A stretch of DNA of 52,405 nucleotides, from positions 1 to 52,405 of the IMG/VR virus record IMGVR_UViG_3300044712_002679, one strand, 5' to 3'. The DNA comes from a virus. The notes under the pieces are model-generated. The model saw nothing but the letters and a program-made list of their open reading frames with translations. It searched no databases and was not told where the DNA came from. A program made the position numbers and the translations under genes. Below are positions 19,226 through 28,739 of the stretch, one piece after another; the stretch's first letter is position 1; each line of letters opens with the position of its first letter.

Positions 19226-20014
19226 ATGGAAATTAAATTATCTGATTTAACAAAAAAAGTTGAAAAATCAATATCTGAATATATTGAATTTGATGTAAAT
19301 GAAATTTTTAATTCTTCTGATTATATCACTATTTATGGTGGGGCTGTTAGAGATAGTTTAGCCGGATTAGAAATACACGATGTTGATATATTATGTATGG
19401 CAAATTCCGCAAGAAAATTGGATGCATTCTTATTAACCAAAGGTTATTCTCACCTAGATTTATATGATTTGGATGCAATAAATATGTATAAAGATATCAG
19501 TGTTATTGAAGAACCCTGGACACTTAAAAATAAAAATGGTAAAATTATACAAATAATAAGACCATTAGTAAAATCATATTTGGAATCCTATAAAAACTTA
19601 ATAAAAAATGTTGATATATCTTGTTGTGGTGTATTTTTAGAAAAAGAACCACCATTTTGCGAATTAAAATTAGGTGAATCATGTAAAAATGCGATAATCA
19701 ATTGTTTAACAAAAACATTTGAAATTAATGAATGGGGTCAATTATATAATAAAAATCGTATTTACAAAAGAACATCAAAATTAAATTCTAGGGGTTGGAT
19801 GAATCTAGATAACAATAAAGCTAACATTTTTCCTTGGGAAGAAAATGAATATAAAATAAAATTGATAAGAAAATCTAGGCAAATTAAATTATGTAAATTA
19901 AACTTTAAACCTGAATATGATTATAAAATTTGGTCTGAAGATGAATACTTAAATAGAAAATATAAAGATGACAAAAAAAATCTAAATTTTGATATTGATG
20001 AAACATTATTATAA
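19226..20014 (+). CDS. CCA-adding/poly(A) polymerase-like nucleotidyltransferase head domain
   Basis: YGGAVRDSLAGLEIHDVDI. Confidence 0.75.
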   Translation: MEIKLSDLTKKVEKSISEYIEFDVNEIFNSSDYITIYGGAVRDSLAGLEIHDVDILCMANSARKLDAFLLTKGYSHLDLYDLDAINMYKDISVIEEPWTLKNKNGKIIQIIRPLVKSYLESYKNLIKNVDISCCGVFLEKEPPFCELKLGESCKNAIINCLTKTFEINEWGQLYNKNRIYKRTSKLNSRGWMNLDNNKANIFPWEENEYKIKLIRKSRQIKLCKLNFKPEYDYKIWSEDEYLNRKYKDDKKNLNFDIDETLL

Positions 20015-20031
20015 TGTTTCATCAATAATTT

Positions 20032-20586
20032 TTAATATTTACCAATTTTAATTGAAAAATCCAAACTCATATATGTTAATTTTTGATCCGGAATCCATTT
20101 ATAAGATGGTCCACATGATACACGTAAACCATCAGCAACATTTAATTCCATTCTAATTCCTGTTATAAGCATCAAATTCAACAATTTCCAATATTCATCA
20201 TCCTGCATTGAACCATACACAGCAACAACACAAGGAAATGTGATATGAAATGGAAATTTTGAAAAAATTGTTGGTTCAAGCAATCCACCAATATAACCAA
20301 AATGTTTTAAATTTGATACTGGTGAATCAAAATAATAATTTCCTGTTAATCCAATAGTAATTGCATGATCTATTGTACTTGCAAGTGTACATCCGACACT
20401 CCCAACGATTTTGTCTGTAAATTTAAAATTGTCCGTTAAATTACCTAGATTCCCATCAAAAGAAATGAAGCTTGTTACAACTTTTTCTTTAGAACCTATC
20501 AATGAATATGAACCATATTCTGTTTTTTGACCAAAAATTAATATTGATGTCAAAAGTAATACAATTATTAAAAATGTTGTTTTCAT
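20032..20586 (-). CDS. Secreted outer-membrane beta-barrel-like protein
   Basis: Signal peptide MKTTFLIIVLLLTSILIFG|Q, alternating beta-strand pattern, C-terminal SIKIGKY. Confidence 0.65.
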   Translation of the reverse strand: MKTTFLIIVLLLTSILIFGQKTEYGSYSLIGSKEKVVTSFISFDGNLGNLTDNFKFTDKIVGSVGCTLASTIDHAITIGLTGNYYFDSPVSNLKHFGYIGGLLEPTIFSKFPFHITFPCVVAVYGSMQDDEYWKLLNLMLITGIRMELNVADGLRVSCGPSYKWIPDQKLTYMSLDFSIKIGKY

Positions 20587-20603
20587 AATGATATTTTTAA
20601 TTA

Positions 20604-21044
20604 TTAAATAAAATCAATGTCGGGTGTTAGTGTATCTTTATAATATCTAACTATTCCTTTTTGTAATTGACCACCTTCCATATGTGGAATTATTTCGATC
20701 TGATATCGTTCTTTATATTCGAAAACATTACTTCCAATTTCATTTGTTTTATATCCATTGAAACCAATTGCTTTTTTCAAATAACCAATTAACTTAGGTG
20801 TTTCTTCAGATATTTTTTTCATACTAAAATCACTTTTTATTTGTGATAATTCGTTTTTTAATTCCTTTAAATTTTGAAGTTCTATTAAAGATAATGTATG
20901 CAAAAATGATAATTTGATACTTTCTGGTGCAGATGAATTAAATTGATCATCATTATATACACCATAACGAATACGATATGCAACATATAATGCAAAATCT
21001 TGCATAACTTCTTTTTCAACATCAGGATTCACAAATACTTTCAT
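20604..21044 (-). CDS. Hypothetical protein
   Basis: 146-aa ORF in a tight operon. Confidence 0.7.
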   Translation of the reverse strand: MKVFVNPDVEKEVMQDFALYVAYRIRYGVYNDDQFNSSAPESIKLSFLHTLSLIELQNLKELKNELSQIKSDFSMKKISEETPKLIGYLKKAIGFNGYKTNEIGSNVFEYKERYQIEIIPHMEGGQLQKGIVRYYKDTLTPDIDFI

Positions 21045-21045
21045 A

Positions 21046-21234
21046 TTAAAAATATTTATTAATATCTATCAATTCAACAGATTTCACTGTTGGTTGTTTA
21101 TCTAATGGACTAAGCCACGTACCATATCGTTTCTGTTGATCTTTCATTGGTTTCATCCATCTTTCACCATCCCAATATAAAACTTTATTAGTTTCATTTA
21201 TGCGATAGTATTCACCATCAATCAATTCTTCCAT
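21046..21234 (-). CDS. Hypothetical protein
   Basis: 62-aa ORF with 1-2 bp spacing to its neighbours. Confidence 0.7.
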   Translation of the reverse strand: MEELIDGEYYRINETNKVLYWDGERWMKPMKDQQKRYGTWLSPLDKQPTVKSVELIDINKYF

Positions 21235-21236
21235 AT

Positions 21237-21917
21237 TTAGTATCTATAATTTTTTGTTTCTTTACGGCATTTATGCGACATATTGTTTTTTTCGGAAAAT
21301 GCCTTTACAAGTTTTTGATTTCTTTTTTTCAATACAAATCCTTCTAACATATCAACTTTAATAATATCATTCCAACGATTTACAAAATTATCATAAAACG
21401 TCTTAACCCTAAAAATATTGTCTGTTATTTTATATAGATATTCATTTTCATCAACAGTACCAAATATCTTATCTAACAACTTAATTCTTTCTTCAAATGT
21501 TGTACCCAAAAGATATTCACCATTATAAACCATAATATCAAAAACAACAAATTTGTGATTCCAAGGTTTACCATCTATACTATTTTTGTTTTTATTCATA
21601 TATTCACCAACAATAACATTCCAATTATTGTTTCCACAATTAAGAACTTTCAAATCATCAATATTTAATTTGAAATTTGAAATACTTTCATTTTTGTGTC
21701 TACCAAAATATCGGAATTCGTTTCCCTGAATATAAATTTCTACACAGGCACCGTTCATTTTTGGTTGGGCGCAATGATCACCTTCATAATTTGGAAGTTC
21801 GGATGGTGGAATTACATATTCTGGGCGAGGTGGGTAATAATAACGACAATTCAAATATTTTTCGATCATTGTATTATTATTTTTCAATTCCTTGATGTAT
21901 TGTTCTATATCATTCAT
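21237..21917 (-). CDS. ATP-dependent ligase/capping-type adenylation domain protein
   Basis: QPKMNG, VGE, FVVFDI, EGFVLK. Start revised to MNDIEQ because TAnnTTTG lies at 21936-21943. Confidence 0.75.
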   Translation of the reverse strand: MNDIEQYIKELKNNNTMIEKYLNCRYYYPPRPEYVIPPSELPNYEGDHCAQPKMNGACVEIYIQGNEFRYFGRHKNESISNFKLNIDDLKVLNCGNNNWNVIVGEYMNKNKNSIDGKPWNHKFVVFDIMVYNGEYLLGTTFEERIKLLDKIFGTVDENEYLYKITDNIFRVKTFYDNFVNRWNDIIKVDMLEGFVLKKRNQKLVKAFSEKNNMSHKCRKETKNYRY

Positions 21918-21970
21918 TGTTGTTAAATTATTCGACAAAGATACAAAAATTTATTGATATAAAAAACTAA

Positions 21971-22705
21971 TTAATCAAATATGACGTTATATTTTTTACT
22001 AACTAGCATCCATCTACAACGATATACAATATCATCATCAAAAATATTTTCAAATTCATGATAAAATTTTAAGAACAACGATTGGGATTCATAAAAACAT
22101 TCTTCAAAATACTTAATTATGGTTGTGTTAAACTTATCACCATCTTTAAGTAATTTTAAATACATACTTTTTAATTCAGAAGTATCAGAATCGGTAATAT
22201 TTTTTCGATGTAATACGGTAACAATACAAATTGCAAGCACCATAAGCTTACTATACTTATATACTTTATTAGAAAATTTAGTATCATAAGAATCGTAAAA
22301 ATCTTTAAATCCACTTGGTGATTTATAAAAATTTTGTTGAATCAAATCAATCACTTTTTTGTCTAGTAACGATTTGAATTTATATTCTTTGCAAAATTCT
22401 ATATATACAGATTTAAATAATAATGACATGGTATTCCGAAGTGGTGGTGCAGAATAATGTAAGTCATTATCTTTACAATAACCATCTACTGCATAAAATA
22501 TATTATCATTATTAATATAAAAACCACCTACGATAAATTTATCAAATATTTGATAATAATTAAAATCCACATCATATAATTTCACTAAAGTTAATGATTT
22601 AATATTATTTAATATCTTATCCTTTTTATCCGTAATATATTCACGAATAAATTTTTCAATAATATTACTTTGATCTTTATCTAAATATTTATATTCCTGC
22701 TTCAT
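21971..22705 (-). CDS. Hypothetical protein ending SKKYNVIFD
   Basis: 244-aa ORF, TAnnTTTG at 22719-22726. Confidence 0.7.
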   Translation of the reverse strand: MKQEYKYLDKDQSNIIEKFIREYITDKKDKILNNIKSLTLVKLYDVDFNYYQIFDKFIVGGFYINNDNIFYAVDGYCKDNDLHYSAPPLRNTMSLLFKSVYIEFCKEYKFKSLLDKKVIDLIQQNFYKSPSGFKDFYDSYDTKFSNKVYKYSKLMVLAICIVTVLHRKNITDSDTSELKSMYLKLLKDGDKFNTTIIKYFEECFYESQSLFLKFYHEFENIFDDDIVYRCRWMLVSKKYNVIFD

Positions 22706-22776
22706 ATTAATTTTTTCACAAAGATACGAAATATTTTTGAATTTGAAATAATAATATATACAAAAAAATAATTACT

Positions 22777-23220
22777 ATGAAACCAAAAATTATATCATTT
22801 AGTCATTTTGAAAATAATTCGACTGTTAAGGGATTTAAAAGTAATATTGAAAATGATACTATAAATAATAATAATTTTAGAAAGGTATTATATACAGGTA
22901 AAAATATACAATTAGTATTAATGTCCCTTAAACCAGGCGAAGAAATTGGCGAAGAAGTACATAAAGATAATGATCAATTCTTTAGATTTGAAAGTGGAAA
23001 TGGAAAAGTAATTATCAATGATACAGAATATAATATAAAAGATGGTGATGCTGTAATTATTCCGGCTGGATCAAAACATAATATTATCAATAATAGTAAA
23101 AAAGAATTAAAAATGTATACAATATATTCTCCACCACATCATAAAGATAAAATATTAAGAAAAACAAAAAAAGATGCTGAAGAAAATAAAGAAGATTTTG
23201 ATGGAAAAACAACCGAATAG
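22777..23220 (+). CDS. Cupin-domain protein
   Basis: LVLMSLKPGEEIGEEVH..DQFF, IPAGSKHN, YSPPHH. Confidence 0.9.
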   Translation: MKPKIISFSHFENNSTVKGFKSNIENDTINNNNFRKVLYTGKNIQLVLMSLKPGEEIGEEVHKDNDQFFRFESGNGKVIINDTEYNIKDGDAVIIPAGSKHNIINNSKKELKMYTIYSPPHHKDKILRKTKKDAEENKEDFDGKTTE

Positions 23221-23225
23221 AAACA

Positions 23226-23253
23226 AAATAGCCACCCAACAAGGTGGCTATTT
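23226..23253. terminator. Bidirectional intrinsic terminator
   Basis: aaatagccacc-caacaa-ggtggctattt between convergent units. Confidence 0.8.
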
Positions 23254-23441
23254 CTTTATTTTAATCTTATATTGCTTTTTTGGCTTTCTATTAATTATTT
23301 CGTTTATATTATATTTAATGTCCATCAATTGGGTGGATCGTGACATTTCATATTTTCCGAGTTTTCGTGTTTCATATTTTTAATATTTAACTTTTAAATC
23401 AATACAAATGTACGAATAATATCTGAAACAACCAAAGATTT

Positions 23442-23750
23442 TTAGTTATTTTTAGTATTATTTTTATACCAATCATTAAATTCTATTGGATCTTGTAACA
23501 TTTCTGTTAATGATTTTCCATCAGGAAATCTTATAATTAATTTATCATTATCTTCTGAATGATATCTAATATCCGTGGAAAACCCCAATAATTGTCCTAC
23601 AACAATCGTTGTAAATTTTTCATCTGATTCGTTAACAATACATTCATATGTATTAACATATTTATTATAAAATAACCCATAACAATTATCTTGTAAATAA
23701 GATAATGATATTCTTAATAATTCTTGTCCATTATCATCTTGTGTGATCAT
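23442..23750 (-). CDS. Hypothetical protein
   Basis: 102-aa ORF, ATGA-coupled. Confidence 0.7.
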   Translation of the reverse strand: MITQDDNGQELLRISLSYLQDNCYGLFYNKYVNTYECIVNESDEKFTTIVVGQLLGFSTDIRYHSEDNDKLIIRFPDGKSLTEMLQDPIEFNDWYKNNTKNN

Positions 23751-24016
23751 CTTCTTGGTTTTTGGGGATTTTTAAGTGTCCATTTTAAAAAACATTCATA
23801 TTCAATAGGCTTTAAAAATGTTTCAGCATCTTTCAATATTTCAATTCTTTCAGATTTATTAACAGATTCATATCTATCTATAAGATCAACCCATTCTAAA
23901 AACTTTTGATAATCATCAGGTTTTAGATTCTTTTCAGCATTTATTTTAGCTGAATCCCTTCCAGTATGAGTTAATGATAATTCATACTTATTCTTAAAAT
24001 ACAATAGAGTTTTCAT
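23747..24016 (-). CDS. Hypothetical protein
   Basis: 89-aa ORF. Confidence 0.7.
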   Translation of the reverse strand: MKTLLYFKNKYELSLTHTGRDSAKINAEKNLKPDDYQKFLEWVDLIDRYESVNKSERIEILKDAETFLKPIEYECFLKWTLKNPQKPRR

Positions 24017-24041
24017 ATTAATGTTTTTTTATAGTTACATA

Positions 24042-24716
24042 TTATTCGAGTTTTTCCCACGTATCGGGATATAATGTTTTTAATTTATCTAACCACCAAA
24101 TTGTTTTTATTTTTGCTTTTGGTAAACGCTGACCTTTCATAAGCGTCGAACGTTTACAAACAACACCTTCTTTCACCGTAGGATATTGACAATCGGATTT
24201 AGTCCAATCGTTATTTATAATCGAATTTATAAAATCTTTTGTTAATTTACCTTTGTATATAAGTTCAGGAAGTTCAATATTTGAATATCCATCAAATATT
24301 TTATAAAAAATCTTTGGTTCAATATAACCTTTCTTTTTTAGAAAAACATCAATTAAACATAGTTTTAAGTTATCTTCCTTTTGATGAACACCACTAAAAC
24401 TATTTTCGCCATACCATTCACAAAATATCGTTATTTCTTCAACTCCAGTAAAAATATCACCTTTTTTAGAATTTGCAATAATTATGTCCCGAAGTGTGTT
24501 TGACATATTATTTTTAAAGTATTTGACTGCATCACCAAATTGATCACTACTTTCATCGACATTTTGTGTTCGTGATCCATACATAGTAAAATCTTTTTGT
24601 TTAGGGGAATATTTTGCACAAAAATTTTGTCCATCAAGTTTATTAAATACCCAAACTTCTTCCCCTATCAACAATTGATCATTTTTTACATTTTCAAAAC
24701 TATCGTAATGCTTCAT
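24042..24716 (-). CDS. RNA ligase (Rnl2-like adenylation domain)
   Basis: KLDGQNF, FCEWYG, LIDV, EGVVCK, KIK. Start revised to MKHYD (TAnnTTTG at 24735-24742). Confidence 0.75.
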   Translation of the reverse strand: MKHYDSFENVKNDQLLIGEEVWVFNKLDGQNFCAKYSPKQKDFTMYGSRTQNVDESSDQFGDAVKYFKNNMSNTLRDIIIANSKKGDIFTGVEEITIFCEWYGENSFSGVHQKEDNLKLCLIDVFLKKKGYIEPKIFYKIFDGYSNIELPELIYKGKLTKDFINSIINNDWTKSDCQYPTVKEGVVCKRSTLMKGQRLPKAKIKTIWWLDKLKTLYPDTWEKLE

Positions 24717-24741
24717 TATATTTATCTTTTTATACAAAGAT

Positions 24742-24773
24742 AAAAAAAGACTTACAAATGCAAGCCTTTTTTT
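24742..24773 (-). terminator. Intrinsic terminator
   Basis: Minus strand aaaaaaggcttgc-attt-gtaagtctttttt after the 24792 stop. Confidence 0.75.
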
Positions 24774-24791
24774 ACCTTCTTTTTTCCAAAA

Positions 24792-25295
24792 TTATACCGC
24801 AACACCCCTCTTGCGTAAAATTGATTTTATGTCCGATTTATATTGTGTATATTTCGGATTTTTCAATTTCGATTCCAATTCAACATTTGAATCTTTCCTA
24901 AATTTTAATTGTCTAGCCGAAAATGAAGTTACTGTTGCATTAACGGTAACAACAACTGTATCATCATCGTCATCATCGTCATCATCGTCATCATCGTCAT
25001 CATCGTCATCGGAGTCATCATCATCGTCGATATCGTCGGTGTCGTCGGTGTCGTCGGTATCGGTATCATCAACTTCCACTTCCACAAAACTATATTCGTA
25101 ATATGTACCATTGAAAACCCTTTCGCTACCAAGCGATTGATAAAAATCATTTATCACTTTAGATACTTGGCTTTGAAAAACCCAAAAACCTTCACTACGA
25201 AGATATTCTTTTACTTCCCTTGTCGATGTCGTTCCATTTTTCTTAATAAGCTTAAGGAATGCATCCTTGATGTCTTGATCTGTAATTTGTGTCAT
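24792..25295 (-). CDS. Protein with winged-helix-like N-terminus, poly-Asp tract and basic C-terminus
   Basis: About 35-residue D-rich tract, TAnnTTTG at 25335-25342. Confidence 0.75.
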   Translation of the reverse strand: MTQITDQDIKDAFLKLIKKNGTTSTREVKEYLRSEGFWVFQSQVSKVINDFYQSLGSERVFNGTYYEYSFVEVEVDDTDTDDTDDTDDIDDDDDSDDDDDDDDDDDDDDDDDTVVVTVNATVTSFSARQLKFRKDSNVELESKLKNPKYTQYKSDIKSILRKRGVAV

Positions 25296-25377
25296 TTTAA
25301 TCTTATCATTTTAGATTTATATTTTAATAGATAACAAAGATAGTAAAATATCTTATAACCACCAAATTATTTTTGAT

Positions 25378-27327
25378 TTAATTTTTAATATTTTTTAATA
25401 TGTGTGCAATCACATCAACAGTCCAACCATCCCCCAATAAACCCGCCGCTTGATCTCTTGTTAAACATGAAGTATAACCTTTAGGTACAGTCTGTGTTAT
25501 TTCCAATTCATTCTGATTCATATATCTAACCCCATTGTAAATACTAATATCAATTTTATCTTCTAATAATTTTTTATCTATTTGTTCAGCAGGTATTTTA
25601 TAAAAATATTTTTTATAATGATCTAAACAATTATTATAATGATTTTCGTCTTTAAATATTAATGTATTAAATCCCTTAATATGTCTATGAAACATTTTTA
25701 TTGGTGTAACAGAAGGTCTTGAATCACTTTCTAATAAACATCGTGCTTTTTTTCTTTCACTCCAACCATATTCTAAAATATCATTAAATTTTATATTTTT
25801 ATCTTTAGGTTGTTCAACACCAGGTATATTTGTCCAATAAAATCTATCTCGTAATTGTGCGGATAATAATTTACTATTTATATTTATTGGATTTACACCC
25901 AATAAACTGGTTATTATATCTTCATCTTTTTTATCCATACTACCAACATTTTCAAGTAAAAAATATGTTGGATTTAATTCGGTTAATAATCGGTAATATT
26001 CATAAAAAAGACCTGATTTATCACCTTCTAATCCTTTTCTATGTTGTGTTGCCATTGCTATGGATAAATTCTGACAATTGTGTACAATATGTGTATTAGC
26101 AACATATGAATTATCATCTTCTACTTCTAAATTATAAACACTTTCAACTTTACCTGTTTCTGATATATTTTTAACGGGATTCCATATAACATCATCTATA
26201 ATTCTTGATCTTGATGATTTAGGATGATATGTATGATATTTTAAATACCACACATTATTTTGATTTACTATTCTTCCTTCTATAGTACATTTTTTAGGTT
26301 TTTTAGAAAAATGTATAGTACATGATGTTTTATAAACTTTAGCAACAGCAATTGATAATGTTTGAACTAATTTTTCAGAAATAGTAGTAACACGCAACAT
26401 TTTATTTTCTAAATGACCATCAGCAAAATGATAACCTTCAATTACTTTTTTTAATAAATTAATAGGCAAATCTAATAACATTTTACCAAAGTGTTTATTA
26501 ATAGCACCACATCCACAATATAATTCTACTAGTTGAACTAGTCTTTTACTACTAAATACTGCTCTATGTGTACCTTTAGTATGTGAATATAACGAATAAT
26601 TTAATTCATTAAAATTATTTTTAAAATTATCAATTTCATGATCCCCAACTGATATAATTAATTGCCAATGTCTATCATTTGGTCTATTTTCACTAATTCG
26701 ATAATCTTTTCTTGTGTGTCCATCACCAACATATAAACCAATTAAAAAACATTCTTCTTCAGTCAAATTAAATGGATTTTCACTTGTTTTTAATATTGGT
26801 GTTCCAACATAATTATTCTTTTTAATTTTATGAACTTCCATCCATTCTGGATCATAAAATAATATTTCATATCTTCTTAAATTATTATTCCATTTTTTAT
26901 ATCTTGTTCGAACATAATATGGGTGATTATTCGTTGTGATTGTTGGTGTAGCACCCTGTGCTAAAAATCTAACTGTATCTTTTTTTTCATTCCCAATTGA
27001 TATGATTTTTTTATAATTATTATTATGTGTTAAAACATAATCACCAATTTTAATATCTTGTATATTTTTAATACAATCTTTTGTTATTATAGGTGTGTTT
27101 GTGACAAAACAAGGTGAACCACCAATAAGTAAATCAATTTTAGGTAGATCAGAACTATCAATATCTATTACATTACCCAATTGAATAGTATTTGGATAAT
27201 TTTCTTGTGTTACCTTTATACCAAGTAGTTTTATTTCACTAGCAAAATATTTATCATATTTAATATCTGCTTTATTTAATGCGATTTGTCCACAGGACAT
27301 ACCATCAAATAGACTCAATACATTCAT
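25378..27327 (-). CDS. DNA cytosine-C5 methyltransferase with intein
   Basis: SLFDG, GGSP[intein]CQ, LLENV, QLRDR, GDGW. Confidence 0.92.
   Translation of the reverse strand: MNVLSLFDGMSCGQIALNKADIKYDKYFASEIKLLGIKVTQENYPNTIQLGNVIDIDSSDLPKIDLLIGGSPCFVTNTPIITKDCIKNIQDIKIGDYVLTHNNNYKKIISIGNEKKDTVRFLAQGATPTITTNNHPYYVRTRYKKWNNNLRRYEILFYDPEWMEVHKIKKNNYVGTPILKTSENPFNLTEEECFLIGLYVGDGHTRKDYRISENRPNDRHWQLIISVGDHEIDNFKNNFNELNYSLYSHTKGTHRAVFSSKRLVQLVELYCGCGAINKHFGKMLLDLPINLLKKVIEGYHFADGHLENKMLRVTTISEKLVQTLSIAVAKVYKTSCTIHFSKKPKKCTIEGRIVNQNNVWYLKYHTYHPKSSRSRIIDDVIWNPVKNISETGKVESVYNLEVEDDNSYVANTHIVHNCQNLSIAMATQHRKGLEGDKSGLFYEYYRLLTELNPTYFLLENVGSMDKKDEDIITSLLGVNPININSKLLSAQLRDRFYWTNIPGVEQPKDKNIKFNDILEYGWSERKKARCLLESDSRPSVTPIKMFHRHIKGFNTLIFKDENHYNNCLDHYKKYFYKIPAEQIDKKLLEDKIDISIYNGVRYMNQNELEITQTVPKGYTSCLTRDQAAGLLGDGWTVDVIAHILKNIKN
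26077..27111 (-). mobile_element. 345-aa intein with LAGLIDADG homing endonuclease
   Basis: Starts CFVTNT, block B TTNNHPY, LIGLYVGDG and EGYHFADG, ends YNLEV..YVAN..VHN|C. Confidence 0.92.
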
Positions 27328-28717
27328 TATATTCTGTTATTTTTTTATTTTTACAAATTTTTAATAATTTTTCAATATCATCATCTGTTATTTTATTTAA
27401 AAAATCATCATCTGTTTTACAATAATATTCACTATCAATATAGAAATATTTATTATGTAATTCAAATGCAATATTATTAAATTCATTTATTTCTATTTTT
27501 CTAGTTAGAAAATTTTTTATTTTAGTTTTAGATAATTGACCAATTTTGTCTGTCACTTTATATGTACTATCATCAATATTCACATAAATATAACCACTAT
27601 CAAACGCTTCATGAATATGACACACCAATCTAATAGCATTATTCATATCTGACATCAATTTAACACAATCATGTTCAGATATTTTATTATTTTTTAATAA
27701 TAATCCTAAAATATGAACAGGAATTATATGACAAGTATTTTTAATCATTCCATCAAAAACACCTGATAATTCACAAATATCACCAACTTGTATATCTTTA
27801 TAATATTTTAATTTGTTTTGTATTTTTGGATTTCTTATTTTACAATCTGAATCAACAAATGGTAACATATTTAAATTTTGTTGTGACTTTTGTTGTGACT
27901 TTTTCTGCAATTTGTATTTTATACCTAAATCATCCAAATCTTTGAAATCTTCTAAATATGTAAGCAATTCATATCTTTCTTTGTTTTTTATGATTTCTTC
28001 TAATTTTTTTTCCGAATTCTTACACTCATTGTAATTTAATGTATAATATGTAGTTGTTTTACCGTTATTTCGTTTTATATTTAAAAGAAAAGATTCAAAA
28101 TCCACATTAATATAGTTATTTAGAATATCTAATTTTTTAGCAATATATCCCGAATATTGATATGCTGCATACCCTTTAGCGTATACCATACTATCATCAT
28201 CTAATGCAACATAACGATCAGAATTACTTTTCAAAATATATGAATCTTTAGTATATGATCTAAAATGTTTTCCATCTTTTATTTCATCATATTCTATTTT
28301 ATATTTTATACCATCTTCAATTTCATATCTTAATTTAATTTGACCGTTACAAAGAATTTCAAATGTATTATTTTTACCATAATAAATACTACCATTGTGT
28401 ATAGTAGATTTAGTCTTAGTCTTAGTTTTACCACTACCTTCAAATTTTAAAAAATTATCATATTCCAAAACCAATTCTTCTGTCATTAGTGTTTTTTTAA
28501 TAGGCACAACACTCACAACATCCTCACCAAATGGATTAACATTTAATAAACTTATTTTTAAAAAAATATTAGGTACTTTATAATATAAAAATTTTAAAAA
28601 TTCTAAATAAGACGTAAGAAATATTAACGAATCATTCAATTTGAATTTAATATAATTTATTACATCTTTTCCTTCTTTTGTATTTGTTTGTCTTTTTCCT
28701 AATTCATATTTTATCAT
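27305..28717 (-). CDS. Protein with C-terminal HNH endonuclease domain
   Basis: CELSG...CHIIP...NAIRLVCHIHEAFDSGYI (HNH_2-like). Confidence 0.65.
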   Translation of the reverse strand: MIKYELGKRQTNTKEGKDVINYIKFKLNDSLIFLTSYLEFLKFLYYKVPNIFLKISLLNVNPFGEDVVSVVPIKKTLMTEELVLEYDNFLKFEGSGKTKTKTKSTIHNGSIYYGKNNTFEILCNGQIKLRYEIEDGIKYKIEYDEIKDGKHFRSYTKDSYILKSNSDRYVALDDDSMVYAKGYAAYQYSGYIAKKLDILNNYINVDFESFLLNIKRNNGKTTTYYTLNYNECKNSEKKLEEIIKNKERYELLTYLEDFKDLDDLGIKYKLQKKSQQKSQQNLNMLPFVDSDCKIRNPKIQNKLKYYKDIQVGDICELSGVFDGMIKNTCHIIPVHILGLLLKNNKISEHDCVKLMSDMNNAIRLVCHIHEAFDSGYIYVNIDDSTYKVTDKIGQLSKTKIKNFLTRKIEINEFNNIAFELHNKYFYIDSEYYCKTDDDFLNKITDDDIEKLLKICKNKKITEYNECIESI

Positions 28718-28739
28718 TTTAGTAATTTTATTTTTTGAC

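Noticed and set aside
24811-25150. Poly-Ser and MMT-repeat ORFs
   Set aside because: Shadows of the poly-Asp tract.
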